DNA of 64,000 nt, from positions 94,019-158,018 of the IMG/VR virus record IMGVR_UViG_3300037483_001116. One strand, 5' to 3'. The DNA is from a virus. Under the pieces are notes generated by a model. The model did not search any database, had not been told where the DNA came from, and saw only the letters and a list, made by a program, of their open reading frames with translations. Positions 1 through 10,137 of this stretch are shown here, one piece after another. Both the position numbers and the translations under genes were made by a program. How positions within the stretch are numbered: the stretch's first letter is position 1; each line of letters starts with the position of its first letter.

Positions 1-3000
1 GGTGCAGCGGCCCTGGTCCGTCTCGGTCAGGAGCAGGGCATCCTCGGTGCTGGTGATTTGAGCCCGGAGGCTTTGCGTTCGGCGTTGGAGGCGAAGCGTC
101 GGGACCCGAACCTGGTGCCGATCTCAACGGAGCTGATCCCTGACGTCATCAAGTCCGCAGATACGAAGAAGCTGCGGGCCATCGCCAAGGTGGGGAACCT
201 CGGCGAGCTGGAAGGCGACACTCCTGACGCGTTACGTGAGGATCTGCTCCGGAAGGCCATCGTCAAGGCGGCGCGGGAACGGCTGGAAGGCCCCCCTGCG
301 AAGAAGGCTATCCGTAAGGCCACCAAGGCAGCTCCGGCTAAGGCGGCCAAGAAGACGGCAAAGGCCGCACCGGAAGCTCCGACTGAAACTGTCCGTAAGG
401 TCCGCGCCGCTGACTCCATGTCCGATGTGGACAAGGTCCTGGCCGACAAGGATCTGCAGCAGCTGCGGGCCATCGCCAAAGCTGACGACACCCCTGGGGT
501 CACCACTCGGGACAGTCGAGCCTCCATCCGGCAGAAGATTCGTCAGGCAGAGGAGGCTCGACGCAGCCACAAGGTGTTGCAGCGTCTCGGCCACCGCGGC
601 CTCGATGAGAAGGCCGTTGGTTCCACCTGGAGCCGCAACGTCGTCAAGGACGCCAACAAGGACCTAGCCCGCGGCGAAAGTAACGAAGACGTTGCCGCCA
701 GTTTACGCGGCAGGGCGGAAGAGCTTCGCTCTGAAGGCTTGAATGACGGCGACTTCCCGGACCGTGTGCACCGTGACGATGACGACCGGCGCGAAGTTGC
801 TGGTACGGAGGCGCGGCGGCTGGAAGAAATGGCCGACAGCCTCGATCCGCCGGAGCGTTCGGTTCGTAGGGGTGGCCCAACGCCGGAGCCCGCCGCGGCG
901 AAGAAGGCCGCCAAGAAAGTGGCTCCCACCAAGGCCGTGAAGGCGACCAAGGCCGCGCCGATCAAGAAGGTAGCTGCGAAGAAGGCCGCGGAGCCGGCCG
1001 AGAAGTTCCTGCCGGCGCTGGCCGACGGCACCCAGCGGAAGAGCCTGACCAATGTCAAGGTCGGTGACACTGTCCGCGTGGGCAACAACCTGGGCGACCT
1101 TGGTGTCCCCCAGCGCGTGACCAAGGTCGAGCGGGACGGCAACGGCGTCAAGCTCACCCGGGCTGACGGTTCCGTCATCAGCGGCAACAACAACACAGCC
1201 GTATGGCTGGGCGATAAGCTCCGCCCCGGAGAGCGGTCAGGATCCAGGGCCACTAAGGCGGCAGCGAAGGCCGTCCCCGCCAGGCCGACCATCACCCGGG
1301 CGGCGAAGAAGGCGGCGACAGCGCCTGAGGCCGAGGTCCCAGCGACTCCGGCGAAGCGCACCACCCGGCTGGCCAAGAAGGTGGCACCCGAGGCCCCGAA
1401 GTCGGACCTGACGGCACGGCAAAAGAGCGAGGCCTCCAACCTGACGCCGGCCCAGCGGCCGGGCTACGACAAGCTCACCGACGAGCAGAAAGACCTGTAC
1501 TGGCCTTACCGTGGAACCCGGAGCCACGCGGCTGCGGTCCGCGACGCGAAGGCTTACACCCGACTCAGCCAAGGCATCAAAGACCTTGATGAGGCCGAGT
1601 CCTATGACGCAGCTCGCGCTTCATTGAAGAAGTACAGCGACAACGACCTTGGCGACATGCTTCGTCGGGACCGCGGGCGCCCATTGGGTTCACGGTTCCC
1701 GTCGGACATGAACCGCGAGGAGCTGGAAACAGCCACCGTCAACACCTACATCGGCGAAAAGGCCCGCAAGCGCCTGACTGCCGAACGCGAGGGCCGTGAG
1801 GGTGCTGTTAATTCTGTTGTTGATGACCTGAACGCTAAGAAGATCGACAAGCGGGAAGCTGTTCGCCAGCTACGGGACCTGGACACAGCCGAGTCGCGTG
1901 AGCTGGCCGACGGCCTGGAGGAGTCGGGCGACCTGGAGGCGGCCAGCTTCCGTGACCTGAAGTCCGGCGACACGATCATTGACACTGACGGCGATTTAAG
2001 GAAAATCGCCAGCGTCGACAATGCCACCGTCCTCGATGGCGACGGTAACCGGATCAACCCAAGGTTCCTGGACCGCAGTCGGGTACTCCGGACCCACCGG
2101 GCGCCGGAAGCGCCGACCCCGGCAAAGAAGGTCACGGTCCGGAAGGCAGTTCCGCGGGCTACAACAGTCCAGAAGAACCTGCTCGACGCGGACGGCCCCG
2201 AAGGGCGCCGCCAGGTCATGGACGCGCTACACGACGACCTGTCTGTGGTGCAGTGGCGGAAGCTGGCCAAAGACCTGGGCGCCGGCACCCAGCGCGGGTC
2301 CAAGCAGGATTCCCGTGATGCGATCGAACGGCACATGGCCAGCGGCGAAGGCAGTGTCCCGAAGAAGAACCTCCGGGACCAGCTCCGTGACGCTGACGTC
2401 AATGTGGGTCACCGTGACAGCCAGGAGAGCGTGGAGGACCGTCGGTATATCGAACGGGCCTCGGCGGTGGCTAAAGACGATCCGGACAAGCTCCGCCGTG
2501 AAGCGGACGAGTTCGTCCGGACAGCGGGGGTCCGGCGGGGCCTGGCCAACGACATTGAGGCTGACGGCGACGACAACGCAGAACGGGTTCGGCTGCTACG
2601 GGAAGGGGCTGACAACTACGACAAGGCCGCGAAGGTGTTCCGGTCCAGGGCCGACACCATCGACAAGGGCCGGGTCGCGGCCGGCAAGAAGGTGGCAGCA
2701 AAGGCTGCGCCGGAGGCCCCAGCTAAGAAGGCTGTATCGCTGAAGAAGGCGGCAGCGCCAGCCAAGGCTGCGCCCGAAAAGCCGACCATCAAACGGGCGG
2801 CAAAGAAGGCGGCCCCCGAGTCGACGCCCGAAGCTCCGGCGAAGAAGGGCGCATCGGCCAAGGTCGCCGCCAAGGCTGCGCCAGAACGGCCGACCATCAA
2901 GCGGGCCGCGGCCAAGAAGATGGCTGGGACTCCGTCGGCAGAGGATGTGGCCCGGGAACGGGGCATTGACGCAGAGCGGAAGTACGGCCGGCGGCTGCTG

Positions 3001-6000
3001 TCGGGCCAGCGGGCCCAGGTCGACGCTATGACCCCGGCCACCCGGACCAAGTACTGGAACCGGGTCGCTGACGGCAAGGACCACGCTGACGCTATCGACG
3101 ATCTTCCGTACAGCCGCCGCACCGGTAATGCCATCACCGGCCCCATCGCCGAGGACAGCCCCCAGATCATCGGCAACGCCCGGGAGCAGCGGGCCCTCGA
3201 CGGCATGGAGCGGTATGAGGCTCGGTTGACGCCACGGCAGAAGCTGCAGCTGCGGGACCTGGACGACGAGCAGAAGCTGGATTACTGGAACCGGCGCGAG
3301 GGCCGGGAAAGTCACACCAACGCGTACAAGAGGGTGGCCAGCGGCGAAGAGTCCACGCCGACGGCGGCCAAGAAGACGACGCCGTTGAAGAAGGCAGCGC
3401 CCGAAAAGAAGGCAACGCCGGCCAAGGCGACCAAGGCTGAACCGGCCAAGAAGGCCCTGACCCGGGAGGAAGCCGACAGGCGCGAGCTGGAGGCCAGGAA
3501 GACCGCTGCAGAGGAACGGGCCGCGGAAGCCAAGGCAGAGGCCAAGGCAGCGCCGCCCGTCAAGAAGGCGGCAGTCCGTCGGGTCCGGCTGACACCGTCA
3601 CAGACAGCACTGTTGCGGCGGGTTGAGGCCGACGGCCACCTCGATAATGATGCCGAATTGACCACGCAGGAGAAGCGGGACCGGAACCGGCTGCGGCTGC
3701 ACGGCCTGTTGCGGATGGATTCGGTGAAGCGGGGCAACAAGAAGGTTCTGCGGGACTCGGTCACCGACGACGGCCGCGCGGAGCTGGCGAGGGCTGACGC
3801 GCCAACACCGGCCAAGAAGACGGTCGCCAAGGCTGCAAAGGTGGCGCCTGAGGCTCCCGCCAAGAAGACGGCCCCGGCCAAAAAGGCAGCCCCGGACCTT
3901 CCAGCCGCTACGAAGGCAACCCCTTCTACGCCTGTGAAGGCAGCTCCGTCGAAGGTGACCACGCCCAGCACCCCGGCCACCACGGCTCGGGACCGGTTGG
4001 ACAGCCGCCAGAAAGAGGCCCGGATTCGAAAGGCTTCCGGGGCTATCGACTTGGCCGACAATATGCTCAGCGCCGTTGAGGCGTTCCGCAATGGCGACAA
4101 CGCGGATGGTTTCCGGCGGGCCGTTGGGCAGGACCTGAAAGGACCGACACCTGGCGACGTGGGCAATCCACGAGACACCCGCGCCGCTGGCTGGGTTGCG
4201 TTGAAGAAGGCCATGGGCCCGGAGTCCGGTTGGGATACGCCGGACAAGCTGGACGCTAAGCTGCGCGATGCGTTGAAGGATATGGGTATCCGGGTTGATC
4301 ACAACCATGGAGACAGGTTGGCCTTCGACCCGGATTCGATGGACACGTTCGACGGCGCCCAGGTCAACCCTGGCGACGAGGTCACCGTCATCAAGCCTGG
4401 CCTCTCGTACCGGGACACGGACGGGTCGCTGCATGTACTGCGGCGGCCGACGGTGACTCGGAGAAGGGGGGGCGACACAGACACGGGCCCTTTAGCACCT
4501 GACGGAGGGCCTGCTGACGGCAACCCATTCGGCGATGTCAGCCTTCCAAGACGGTCAGAAATGACTGTGGCCGATGGCGGCGTTGACCTGCTTCGTGACC
4601 TCAAGGGAGAAAAGGCTTTCCGCAACGACTGGGGTATCGACCGAGCGGACCGGCTCATGCGGCGCATGCAGAAGCGTGAGCTTCAGTCCATGGCAAAATA
4701 TCTGGACGTCAGACTCGTGCCGGGCCAGCGACAGAACTCCATCCGTCACGACGTAATGAGGGACATTCGTCGCCGATTGGGTATGCCTGCGCCGCGAGCC
4801 AGGGAACGGGAAGAGCTGGAGCTTCTTTCCACCGACGAGCTGAGGAAGCGTTTGCCGGCCGGGGCAAAGCCGCCATCGGGAGCCACCAGGCGGGATCTCG
4901 TTGAAATTGCTCTCGGCGATGGCCCCGTGGTTGACCATCACGTGGGTCCGTTGCAGCCTGGCGCCCGACGGGTCCGGGAGGCAGTCCAGGGCGGTACGAA
5001 GGACCTCAAGTACTTCTCCAGTGGCTCCATGGGCCAGGTCGCCCACGTCGAAGGCGCCGACGGGAAGGAGGCCATTCGTAAGCAGATGAGCCGAACTGAC
5101 GGGGTTTCCGGCAAACAGCAGGCCGACTCGGAGCAGATCCTTTCCGAGTTGGGTGAACGCATCGACGCCCCCCAAGCCCCGGTCTACCGTCCCGCCGAAG
5201 ACGTGGTGTACATGGGCTTTCTGCCGGGAAGCTCGGCAAACAAGATGGGCGATGCCCGGGTCCGGGCCGCGGTGGCCACCCCGCAGGGACGTCGGGTGGC
5301 AATTCTGGATGCCATCACTGGCAACTCGGACCGACACCCCGGCAACTTCAAGATCATAGATGGTAAGCCGGTCGGCTTCGACAACAGCCTTGCCTTTGAT
5401 CGGGAGGGGGGCCGAGGTCGGGACTTTGGACCCGACGGAGAAATCCTGCCTGGCGGTACTCATTCCATGGACCCGTTCGAGCAGCACTACCCGTATCGCA
5501 CCAAGGAGCTATACCCGAACTCGGACATAGTCAAAGGCGGCCAGTGGCTGGACCAGCATCCGTTCCCCCGCGAGGAGCTGCTGGACGTCCGCCGGGAGCT
5601 GGAGGCGATGAAGCCGCAGTTCGACCGCCTTGGCCGCGAGGCCTGGTATGACCAGGCCCATCAGCGCCTGGAGGCGTTGATCAAGCGTGCACGGCCGGCG
5701 TCGGAGCTTGGCATCGCCCCTGAGGAACGGTCGGTGGCCCGGACTCGGGTACCGAGTGTGCCCCCGACCCCCGGCCGGCGCCCCGATCTCAGCGGAACCA
5801 GCGGTCCACCGATCCTGACCGGACGGCAGGGCGTGGACGCCAGCGACATGGGCCCTCCGGGTGATACGCCTCCTGGCGGCATGCCGGTCAAGGACTTCAC
5901 GCTGCGGTCCGGGTACAACATCCAACACGGCACCTTCTTCCGTCAGGACAGGATCCCGTACCTCATTGAGCATGAGGACACGCCTGAAGGTAAGGCTCAC

Positions 6001-7707
6001 GCCGAGGAAATCCAGAAGGCGCTGTGGGCGCACCGACAGTCGTTGCCGTTGTCGATGCGTGGCCTGCAGCGGTCCTACTCCTGGGTCCGCGGCCGGAACC
6101 CGAAGGATGGAGAAAGAGCCAGGCGACTTGGCCACGATCCGGACGACTTTATCAGCGGGGCCACGTCCGACAGCCTTGGCGGCGTCACTGTCTACAACCG
6201 TGATGAGTTCGGGTTTGACGGGGTAGACGGGGAGCTGGATCACGAGTTTGCCCACAGCCTTGACCACGTCGGCAAGGAGCTGGGCGGCATTGGGTCGGGG
6301 TCCGACGAATGGCTTGATGCTGTAATCGCTGATGGCATCCACCGTGAAGGTCTGTCTGATGTTACCTTCGACCAAGGGCCGGCGGACACACACAGCCCCA
6401 TTCGCCTACGCCCAGCCTCAGACAAGTACGAATTTCCGTACGGCGTCACTGACTACGGCACCGCTGATGCTCCCGAAGACTTTGCTGAATCGTTCCGTCT
6501 GTACCGCGCCGGCCCCATCGGCAAAGGCCGCCGCACCAAGGGCGGACCTATCGAACCCCTGTGGTTCCGGGACGTTTTCCCTGCCCGTGCTGCCATCTTT
6601 GACCAGATAGTGCCCGATTCCGCCGAGAAGCAGCTCCGCGAAATTGACCAGGCCCGCGGTACGGACGTGTCGGTGGCGCAGCGCCGGGAGCTGATCAAAC
6701 GACTGATCAAGGAACGTGACAACAGTGACCGGGCTGTGGCGTTCCGGCGGCTGGCTAAGACGGCACCGACGCGCAGCAGCATGCGGTCGACACTGTCACC
6801 TGAGGATCAAGCCTTTATTGATCGGCACGTTGCCGAGGAACGTGCCGGGGTCAGACCTATTTCGGGCACGATTCCAGAGGGTGGCAGTGTTGCTGAATTC
6901 TTCGGTGACAGCATCGGCCCCGAAGGCATGGACGTTAATGACTTGATCTTGGATCAGCATGACTACACCATTCCGCAGGGGCGGGTGTGGCGTGACGGCA
7001 ACGACGTCTTCGTCGTGGAAGGCACTGACCCTGCTCGTATGCGCCGAGAAATGGAGACAGTACGCGACGAGGTAAGGCGCCTTCCACGGGAGCTTAGCCA
7101 GTCGACTCGGGCCTTTGTTGTGGCCGATGGCAACAGCCCTCCAGCAGTTGCTCGTCTCCGGGCGGCGGGAATTAGCGACCAGTTCCTTCCCTTTGCCAGC
7201 GCCAACAGCGTGGGCAATGGAAGTGACATCACCTTCTGGGACCGAGGCAGGAGGGGCCCACTGGAGGGAGACAGCCAGTTCCAGCCAACATTACGACATG
7301 AGACATCGCACAATTCGGACGTCGCCTTAGGCAATGTCAGTGCATCTTCCGAATGGCGTCGGGCTGCCGAGAGAGGGACCAAAGGGACCAAGGTTCGTGG
7401 CTTTACTCAGCGAAAGATCAAAGGCCAGGGTGCGTTGCAGCCACCAGGGAAGGCAAAAGGTGCCAAGTTCCCGCTTGGCGTCACGCCATATGCCACGTCG
7501 AGCGTTCGTGAAGACTGGGCGGAGGCGGCCGAGTTCTACTTCGGCACCGAGAGGTATGGCGGCGTCGTCGGGACCGGGGTCGTTGGGGGCAAGCGAGTGC
7601 CGATCTGGTTCCGGGACCTGTTCCCGGCCCGCGCCGCGGTCCTGGACAAGTACTTCCCTGAGTTCGCGGCTCAGCAGTTGGCGGAGATCCGTCGGATCCG
7701 GGGCTAG
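1..7707 (+). CDS. Giant (>2560 aa, 5'-truncated) polyvalent head-associated protein: Ala/Lys-rich H1-like linkers, GrpE-like beta domain, PI3/4-kinase/HipA-like domain and two zincin metallopeptidase domains; probably a capsid maturation protease/MuF-type fusion
   Basis: Frame is open from base 1. Contains many PAKKA repeats; the kinase motifs DAITGNSDRHPGN and DNSLAF; and HEFAH...YG..EDFAESF and HETSH...YA..EDWAE. Lies just upstream of the major capsid gene. Confidence 0.8.
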   Translation, partial: GAAALVRLGQEQGILGAGDLSPEALRSALEAKRRDPNLVPISTELIPDVIKSADTKKLRAIAKVGNLGELEGDTPDALREDLLRKAIVKAARERLEGPPAKKAIRKATKAAPAKAAKKTAKAAPEAPTETVRKVRAADSMSDVDKVLADKDLQQLRAIAKADDTPGVTTRDSRASIRQKIRQAEEARRSHKVLQRLGHRGLDEKAVGSTWSRNVVKDANKDLARGESNEDVAASLRGRAEELRSEGLNDGDFPDRVHRDDDDRREVAGTEARRLEEMADSLDPPERSVRRGGPTPEPAAAKKAAKKVAPTKAVKATKAAPIKKVAAKKAAEPAEKFLPALADGTQRKSLTNVKVGDTVRVGNNLGDLGVPQRVTKVERDGNGVKLTRADGSVISGNNNTAVWLGDKLRPGERSGSRATKAAAKAVPARPTITRAAKKAATAPEAEVPATPAKRTTRLAKKVAPEAPKSDLTARQKSEASNLTPAQRPGYDKLTDEQKDLYWPYRGTRSHAAAVRDAKAYTRLSQGIKDLDEAESYDAARASLKKYSDNDLGDMLRRDRGRPLGSRFPSDMNREELETATVNTYIGEKARKRLTAEREGREGAVNSVVDDLNAKKIDKREAVRQLRDLDTAESRELADGLEESGDLEAASFRDLKSGDTIIDTDGDLRKIASVDNATVLDGDGNRINPRFLDRSRVLRTHRAPEAPTPAKKVTVRKAVPRATTVQKNLLDADGPEGRRQVMDALHDDLSVVQWRKLAKDLGAGTQRGSKQDSRDAIERHMASGEGSVPKKNLRDQLRDADVNVGHRDSQESVEDRRYIERASAVAKDDPDKLRREADEFVRTAGVRRGLANDIEADGDDNAERVRLLREGADNYDKAAKVFRSRADTIDKGRVAAGKKVAAKAAPEAPAKKAVSLKKAAAPAKAAPEKPTIKRAAKKAAPESTPEAPAKKGASAKVAAKAAPERPTIKRAAAKKMAGTPSAEDVARERGIDAERKYGRRLLSGQRAQVDAMTPATRTKYWNRVADGKDHADAIDDLPYSRRTGNAITGPIAEDSPQIIGNAREQRALDGMERYEARLTPRQKLQLRDLDDEQKLDYWNRREGRESHTNAYKRVASGEESTPTAAKKTTPLKKAAPEKKATPAKATKAEPAKKALTREEADRRELEARKTAAEERAAEAKAEAKAAPPVKKAAVRRVRLTPSQTALLRRVEADGHLDNDAELTTQEKRDRNRLRLHGLLRMDSVKRGNKKVLRDSVTDDGRAELARADAPTPAKKTVAKAAKVAPEAPAKKTAPAKKAAPDLPAATKATPSTPVKAAPSKVTTPSTPATTARDRLDSRQKEARIRKASGAIDLADNMLSAVEAFRNGDNADGFRRAVGQDLKGPTPGDVGNPRDTRAAGWVALKKAMGPESGWDTPDKLDAKLRDALKDMGIRVDHNHGDRLAFDPDSMDTFDGAQVNPGDEVTVIKPGLSYRDTDGSLHVLRRPTVTRRRGGDTDTGPLAPDGGPADGNPFGDVSLPRRSEMTVADGGVDLLRDLKGEKAFRNDWGIDRADRLMRRMQKRELQSMAKYLDVRLVPGQRQNSIRHDVMRDIRRRLGMPAPRAREREELELLSTDELRKRLPAGAKPPSGATRRDLVEIALGDGPVVDHHVGPLQPGARRVREAVQGGTKDLKYFSSGSMGQVAHVEGADGKEAIRKQMSRTDGVSGKQQADSEQILSELGERIDAPQAPVYRPAEDVVYMGFLPGSSANKMGDARVRAAVATPQGRRVAILDAITGNSDRHPGNFKIIDGKPVGFDNSLAFDREGGRGRDFGPDGEILPGGTHSMDPFEQHYPYRTKELYPNSDIVKGGQWLDQHPFPREELLDVRRELEAMKPQFDRLGREAWYDQAHQRLEALIKRARPASELGIAPEERSVARTRVPSVPPTPGRRPDLSGTSGPPILTGRQGVDASDMGPPGDTPPGGMPVKDFTLRSGYNIQHGTFFRQDRIPYLIEHEDTPEGKAHAEEIQKALWAHRQSLPLSMRGLQRSYSWVRGRNPKDGERARRLGHDPDDFISGATSDSLGGVTVYNRDEFGFDGVDGELDHEFAHSLDHVGKELGGIGSGSDEWLDAVIADGIHREGLSDVTFDQGPADTHSPIRLRPASDKYEFPYGVTDYGTADAPEDFAESFRLYRAGPIGKGRRTKGGPIEPLWFRDVFPARAAIFDQIVPDSAEKQLREIDQARGTDVSVAQRRELIKRLIKERDNSDRAVAFRRLAKTAPTRSSMRSTLSPEDQAFIDRHVAEERAGVRPISGTIPEGGSVAEFFGDSIGPEGMDVNDLILDQHDYTIPQGRVWRDGNDVFVVEGTDPARMRREMETVRDEVRRLPRELSQSTRAFVVADGNSPPAVARLRAAGISDQFLPFASANSVGNGSDITFWDRGRRGPLEGDSQFQPTLRHETSHNSDVALGNVSASSEWRRAAERGTKGTKVRGFTQRKIKGQGALQPPGKAKGAKFPLGVTPYATSSVREDWAEAAEFYFGTERYGGVVGTGVVGGKRVPIWFRDLFPARAAVLDKYFPEFAAQQLAEIRRIRG

Positions 7708-7886
7708 ATGTCGCCGGCTGGCTTGCCTTTGCGGCGCAGGATGGTGTGTTCGACGTTGCCGTCGTCGTATTCGGTGAAGACTTCGCCAGTGACGGCCTCG
7801 GTCTGGTCCGTGGTGGGGGTGCCGTCGGCCTTGTGCCAGGTGACGGTCTCGCTTTTGACGCCTTCGGGCAGTGCGGTCTTGGCCAT
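7704..7886 (-). CDS. Small acidic hypothetical protein (60 aa), antisense and convergent with the giant ORF
   Basis: Natural-looking sequence. ATG is preceded at 7 nt by a -10-like GATACT (leaderless pattern). Stop overlaps the giant ORF stop. Confidence 0.65.
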   Translation of the reverse strand: MAKTALPEGVKSETVTWHKADGTPTTDQTEAVTGEVFTEYDDGNVEHTILRRKGKPAGDI

Positions 7887-7931
7887 GGGGTCAAGTATCG
7901 CTCATGATGAACCCAGGAAGGGGGTGTCGGG

Positions 7932-8147
7932 GTGAGGGTTTTGGAGTTGGTGGACATCTCTGGTGACGAGCCGGTGGTCGAAGAAGATTCGGCGACACTT
8001 GATCGAAACGGGAAAGTGTCCTACAAAGGAATGAGAGTCAGGGCTATCATCGGCAGATTCTTTATTGATCATGAACCCGGGGACGTGTTCGATAGGATGG
8101 CCAACTGGTCCAACGGGTACGTCCAGCTTCAGGAGAGGGAGCGATAA
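7932..8147 (+). CDS. Small hypothetical protein (71 aa, C-terminal WSNGY), possible immunity/partner protein
   Basis: ORF with purine-rich upstream sequence, located directly after the toxin-like domains. Confidence 0.6.
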   Translation: MRVLELVDISGDEPVVEEDSATLDRNGKVSYKGMRVRAIIGRFFIDHEPGDVFDRMANWSNGYVQLQERER

Positions 8148-8149
8148 AG

Positions 8150-8302
8150 GTGGCATGTAATTGCGGGAAAAGTAGCGGCGAGCCCGCCGAGACTTACGTC
8201 GTTAGAAAAGCAAACGGCCAGACCGAGGAGGTTTCCTCAAAGGTTGCGGCCGATATTTTGGTGACCAAGCACGGCGGCTCCTACAGCGTCCGAAAGAAGT
8301 AA
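8150..8302 (+). CDS. Small MACNCG-type protein (50 aa), typical between protease and major capsid genes of actinophages
   Basis: Own translation: MACNCGKSSGEPAETYVVRKANGQTEEVSSKVAADILVTKHGGSYSVRKK. Not in the ORF track. Confidence 0.75.
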   Translation: MACNCGKSSGEPAETYVVRKANGQTEEVSSKVAADILVTKHGGSYSVRKK

Positions 8303-8433
8303 GGTGGCGATAGTGGACAAAGCTGGCGTGGCCGGTTTATCATCCACTTGATCACCTTTTACTCAGGGACGAGCTGCGGGCCTCCTGGGGATTGGGACTG
8401 TGTGTCCCTTCCTTCACCCAGAGAGGCTCTACC

Positions 8434-10134
8434 GTGGAATTCGAAATTCCCGAGGTGCAGGATTTGCCTCGGTTCACCCTCCAGGCGCTGCGCGACCTCG
8501 GCCTTGAAGCCGCCGCCGCGTATGACGCCCTCCGTGAGGCGCTGACCCCCGAATCCGTCACCAATGAGGACCTGGACGACCTTGAAGACCTCAAGTCGTT
8601 CATGATCTTGGTCGATGAGGAAATGGGCGATCGTCGGGACCGTCAGTCCCGGTTCAATGCCCTTCCGGCCGCGATGAAGGCCGAGGACATGATGGACGAC
8701 GAAGACGCCGAGGCTGAAGAGGGTGCCGCCGAAGAGGCCGCATCGTCGGACGCAAAGGTCAAGCCGCAGTCGAAGGGCGCCAAGGGCACCGACACGACCT
8801 ATGCGACTGGTACTCCGTCGCTGGCGGACATCGCCCGCAACTCGAACAGCAACGATGTGATCGAGGGCATGGTGGAAACCGGCCAGGACAACAAGCCCGT
8901 CTTCCGGATCCTCGCCGCGGCCGACACCGGTTTCTCCACCGGCCAGGTCCTCGACGGCTGGCTCGACGTCGCGAAGGCGTTCGTAGCCCGCAGCCGCACC
9001 CACGGTGGTGGCACCGCACAGCAGTCGACGGTTGCGTCGATCCGGCGTGAATTCGCCAACGACTTCGCGGTCAGTGACGGCGACGACGATGTGACCATCG
9101 CCCAGAAGATGGACTTCGTCCGGGACGAGAAGCGCCTGCCGGGTGGAAGCCTGCTGGCCGGCACCGGCTGGTGCGCCCCGTCGGAAACCATCTACACGAC
9201 CTGCAACGAGATCACGACTGATGGCCTGCTGTCGGTTCCCGAGATTGGCGCCCGTCGGGGCGGAATCCGGCACAACCAAGGCATCCAGTTCGATACCATC
9301 TTCGGAACTGGAACCGGCTTCAACATCCTGACTGAGGCTCAGGTTATTAGCGATACGACCAAGACTTGTGTCGCCATCCCGTGCCCCAGCTTCGTCGATG
9401 ACCGGCTCAAGGTCGCGGCGCTGTGCCTCACCGGTGACATCCTGCAGAACCGGGGCTACCCCGAGTTCGTCAGTACCTTCGTGCAGGGCGCTATCGCGGC
9501 CCAGGCGCACAATGTCAACCGTCAGATCATCGCCGACATTGTCAGCGACTCGACTGCGGTCGCTATGACCTGTGCGCCGTTCGCCACCGACCTGTCGGTC
9601 ATCTCTCAGGTCATGTCCGCCGTCGACAACGCCATTGTCGACATTCAGTACCGGCTGCGCCTGCAGCGCAACCAGACGGTGGAGATCATCTTCCCGTACT
9701 GGCTGAAGGCTCAGATGCGGTCCGACTGGATCCGCCGCAACGGTCCAATGGACCCATGCCTCACCGACGACATGATCGACTGCCTGTTGCGTACCCGCAA
9801 CGCCCGCGCGCAGTGGGTCTACGACTGGCAGGACTCGTTCACCTCGACCGGTGTTTCCGGTGGACCGTTCCCTGGTTCGGACACCCCGATCTGCGCACTC
9901 CCGACATCCCTCTCATTCCTGGCATATCCTGCCGGAACGTGGGTCGTCGCCCGGCAGGATGTTATCCGCCTCGACACGATCTACGACAGTGTCAACTTGG
10001 CCACTAACAAAGTGACGCAGTTGTTCTTGGAGGACGGTTTCCGGGCGATGCGTTTCTGCCCGATCAGCCGCGTCTACACCGTCGCCATCTGCCCGAGCGG
10101 TGCGACTACCGCCCTGCAGTCAGTCATCTGCTAA
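8434..10134 (+). CDS. Major capsid (hexamer) protein with N-terminal scaffold-like acidic/coiled region
   Basis: Motifs GWCAPSETIY, RGGI, GYPE and YPAGTW as in mycobacteriophage cluster-B-like capsids. GAGAGG RBS precedes GTG 8434. Confidence 0.88.
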   Translation: MEFEIPEVQDLPRFTLQALRDLGLEAAAAYDALREALTPESVTNEDLDDLEDLKSFMILVDEEMGDRRDRQSRFNALPAAMKAEDMMDDEDAEAEEGAAEEAASSDAKVKPQSKGAKGTDTTYATGTPSLADIARNSNSNDVIEGMVETGQDNKPVFRILAAADTGFSTGQVLDGWLDVAKAFVARSRTHGGGTAQQSTVASIRREFANDFAVSDGDDDVTIAQKMDFVRDEKRLPGGSLLAGTGWCAPSETIYTTCNEITTDGLLSVPEIGARRGGIRHNQGIQFDTIFGTGTGFNILTEAQVISDTTKTCVAIPCPSFVDDRLKVAALCLTGDILQNRGYPEFVSTFVQGAIAAQAHNVNRQIIADIVSDSTAVAMTCAPFATDLSVISQVMSAVDNAIVDIQYRLRLQRNQTVEIIFPYWLKAQMRSDWIRRNGPMDPCLTDDMIDCLLRTRNARAQWVYDWQDSFTSTGVSGGPFPGSDTPICALPTSLSFLAYPAGTWVVARQDVIRLDTIYDSVNLATNKVTQLFLEDGFRAMRFCPISRVYTVAICPSGATTALQSVIC

Positions 10135-10137
10135 CAA

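Noticed and set aside
27-7480. Numerous long antisense/alternative-frame ORFs over the giant gene, and similar shadow ORFs throughout the window
   Set aside because: Expected shadow ORFs in high-GC coding DNA; no motifs or RBS
8303-8433. Possible structured leader upstream of the capsid gene (GGGAC-TGTGT-GTCCC hairpin)
   Set aside because: Only a short stem is visible; cannot be supported without homolog covariation
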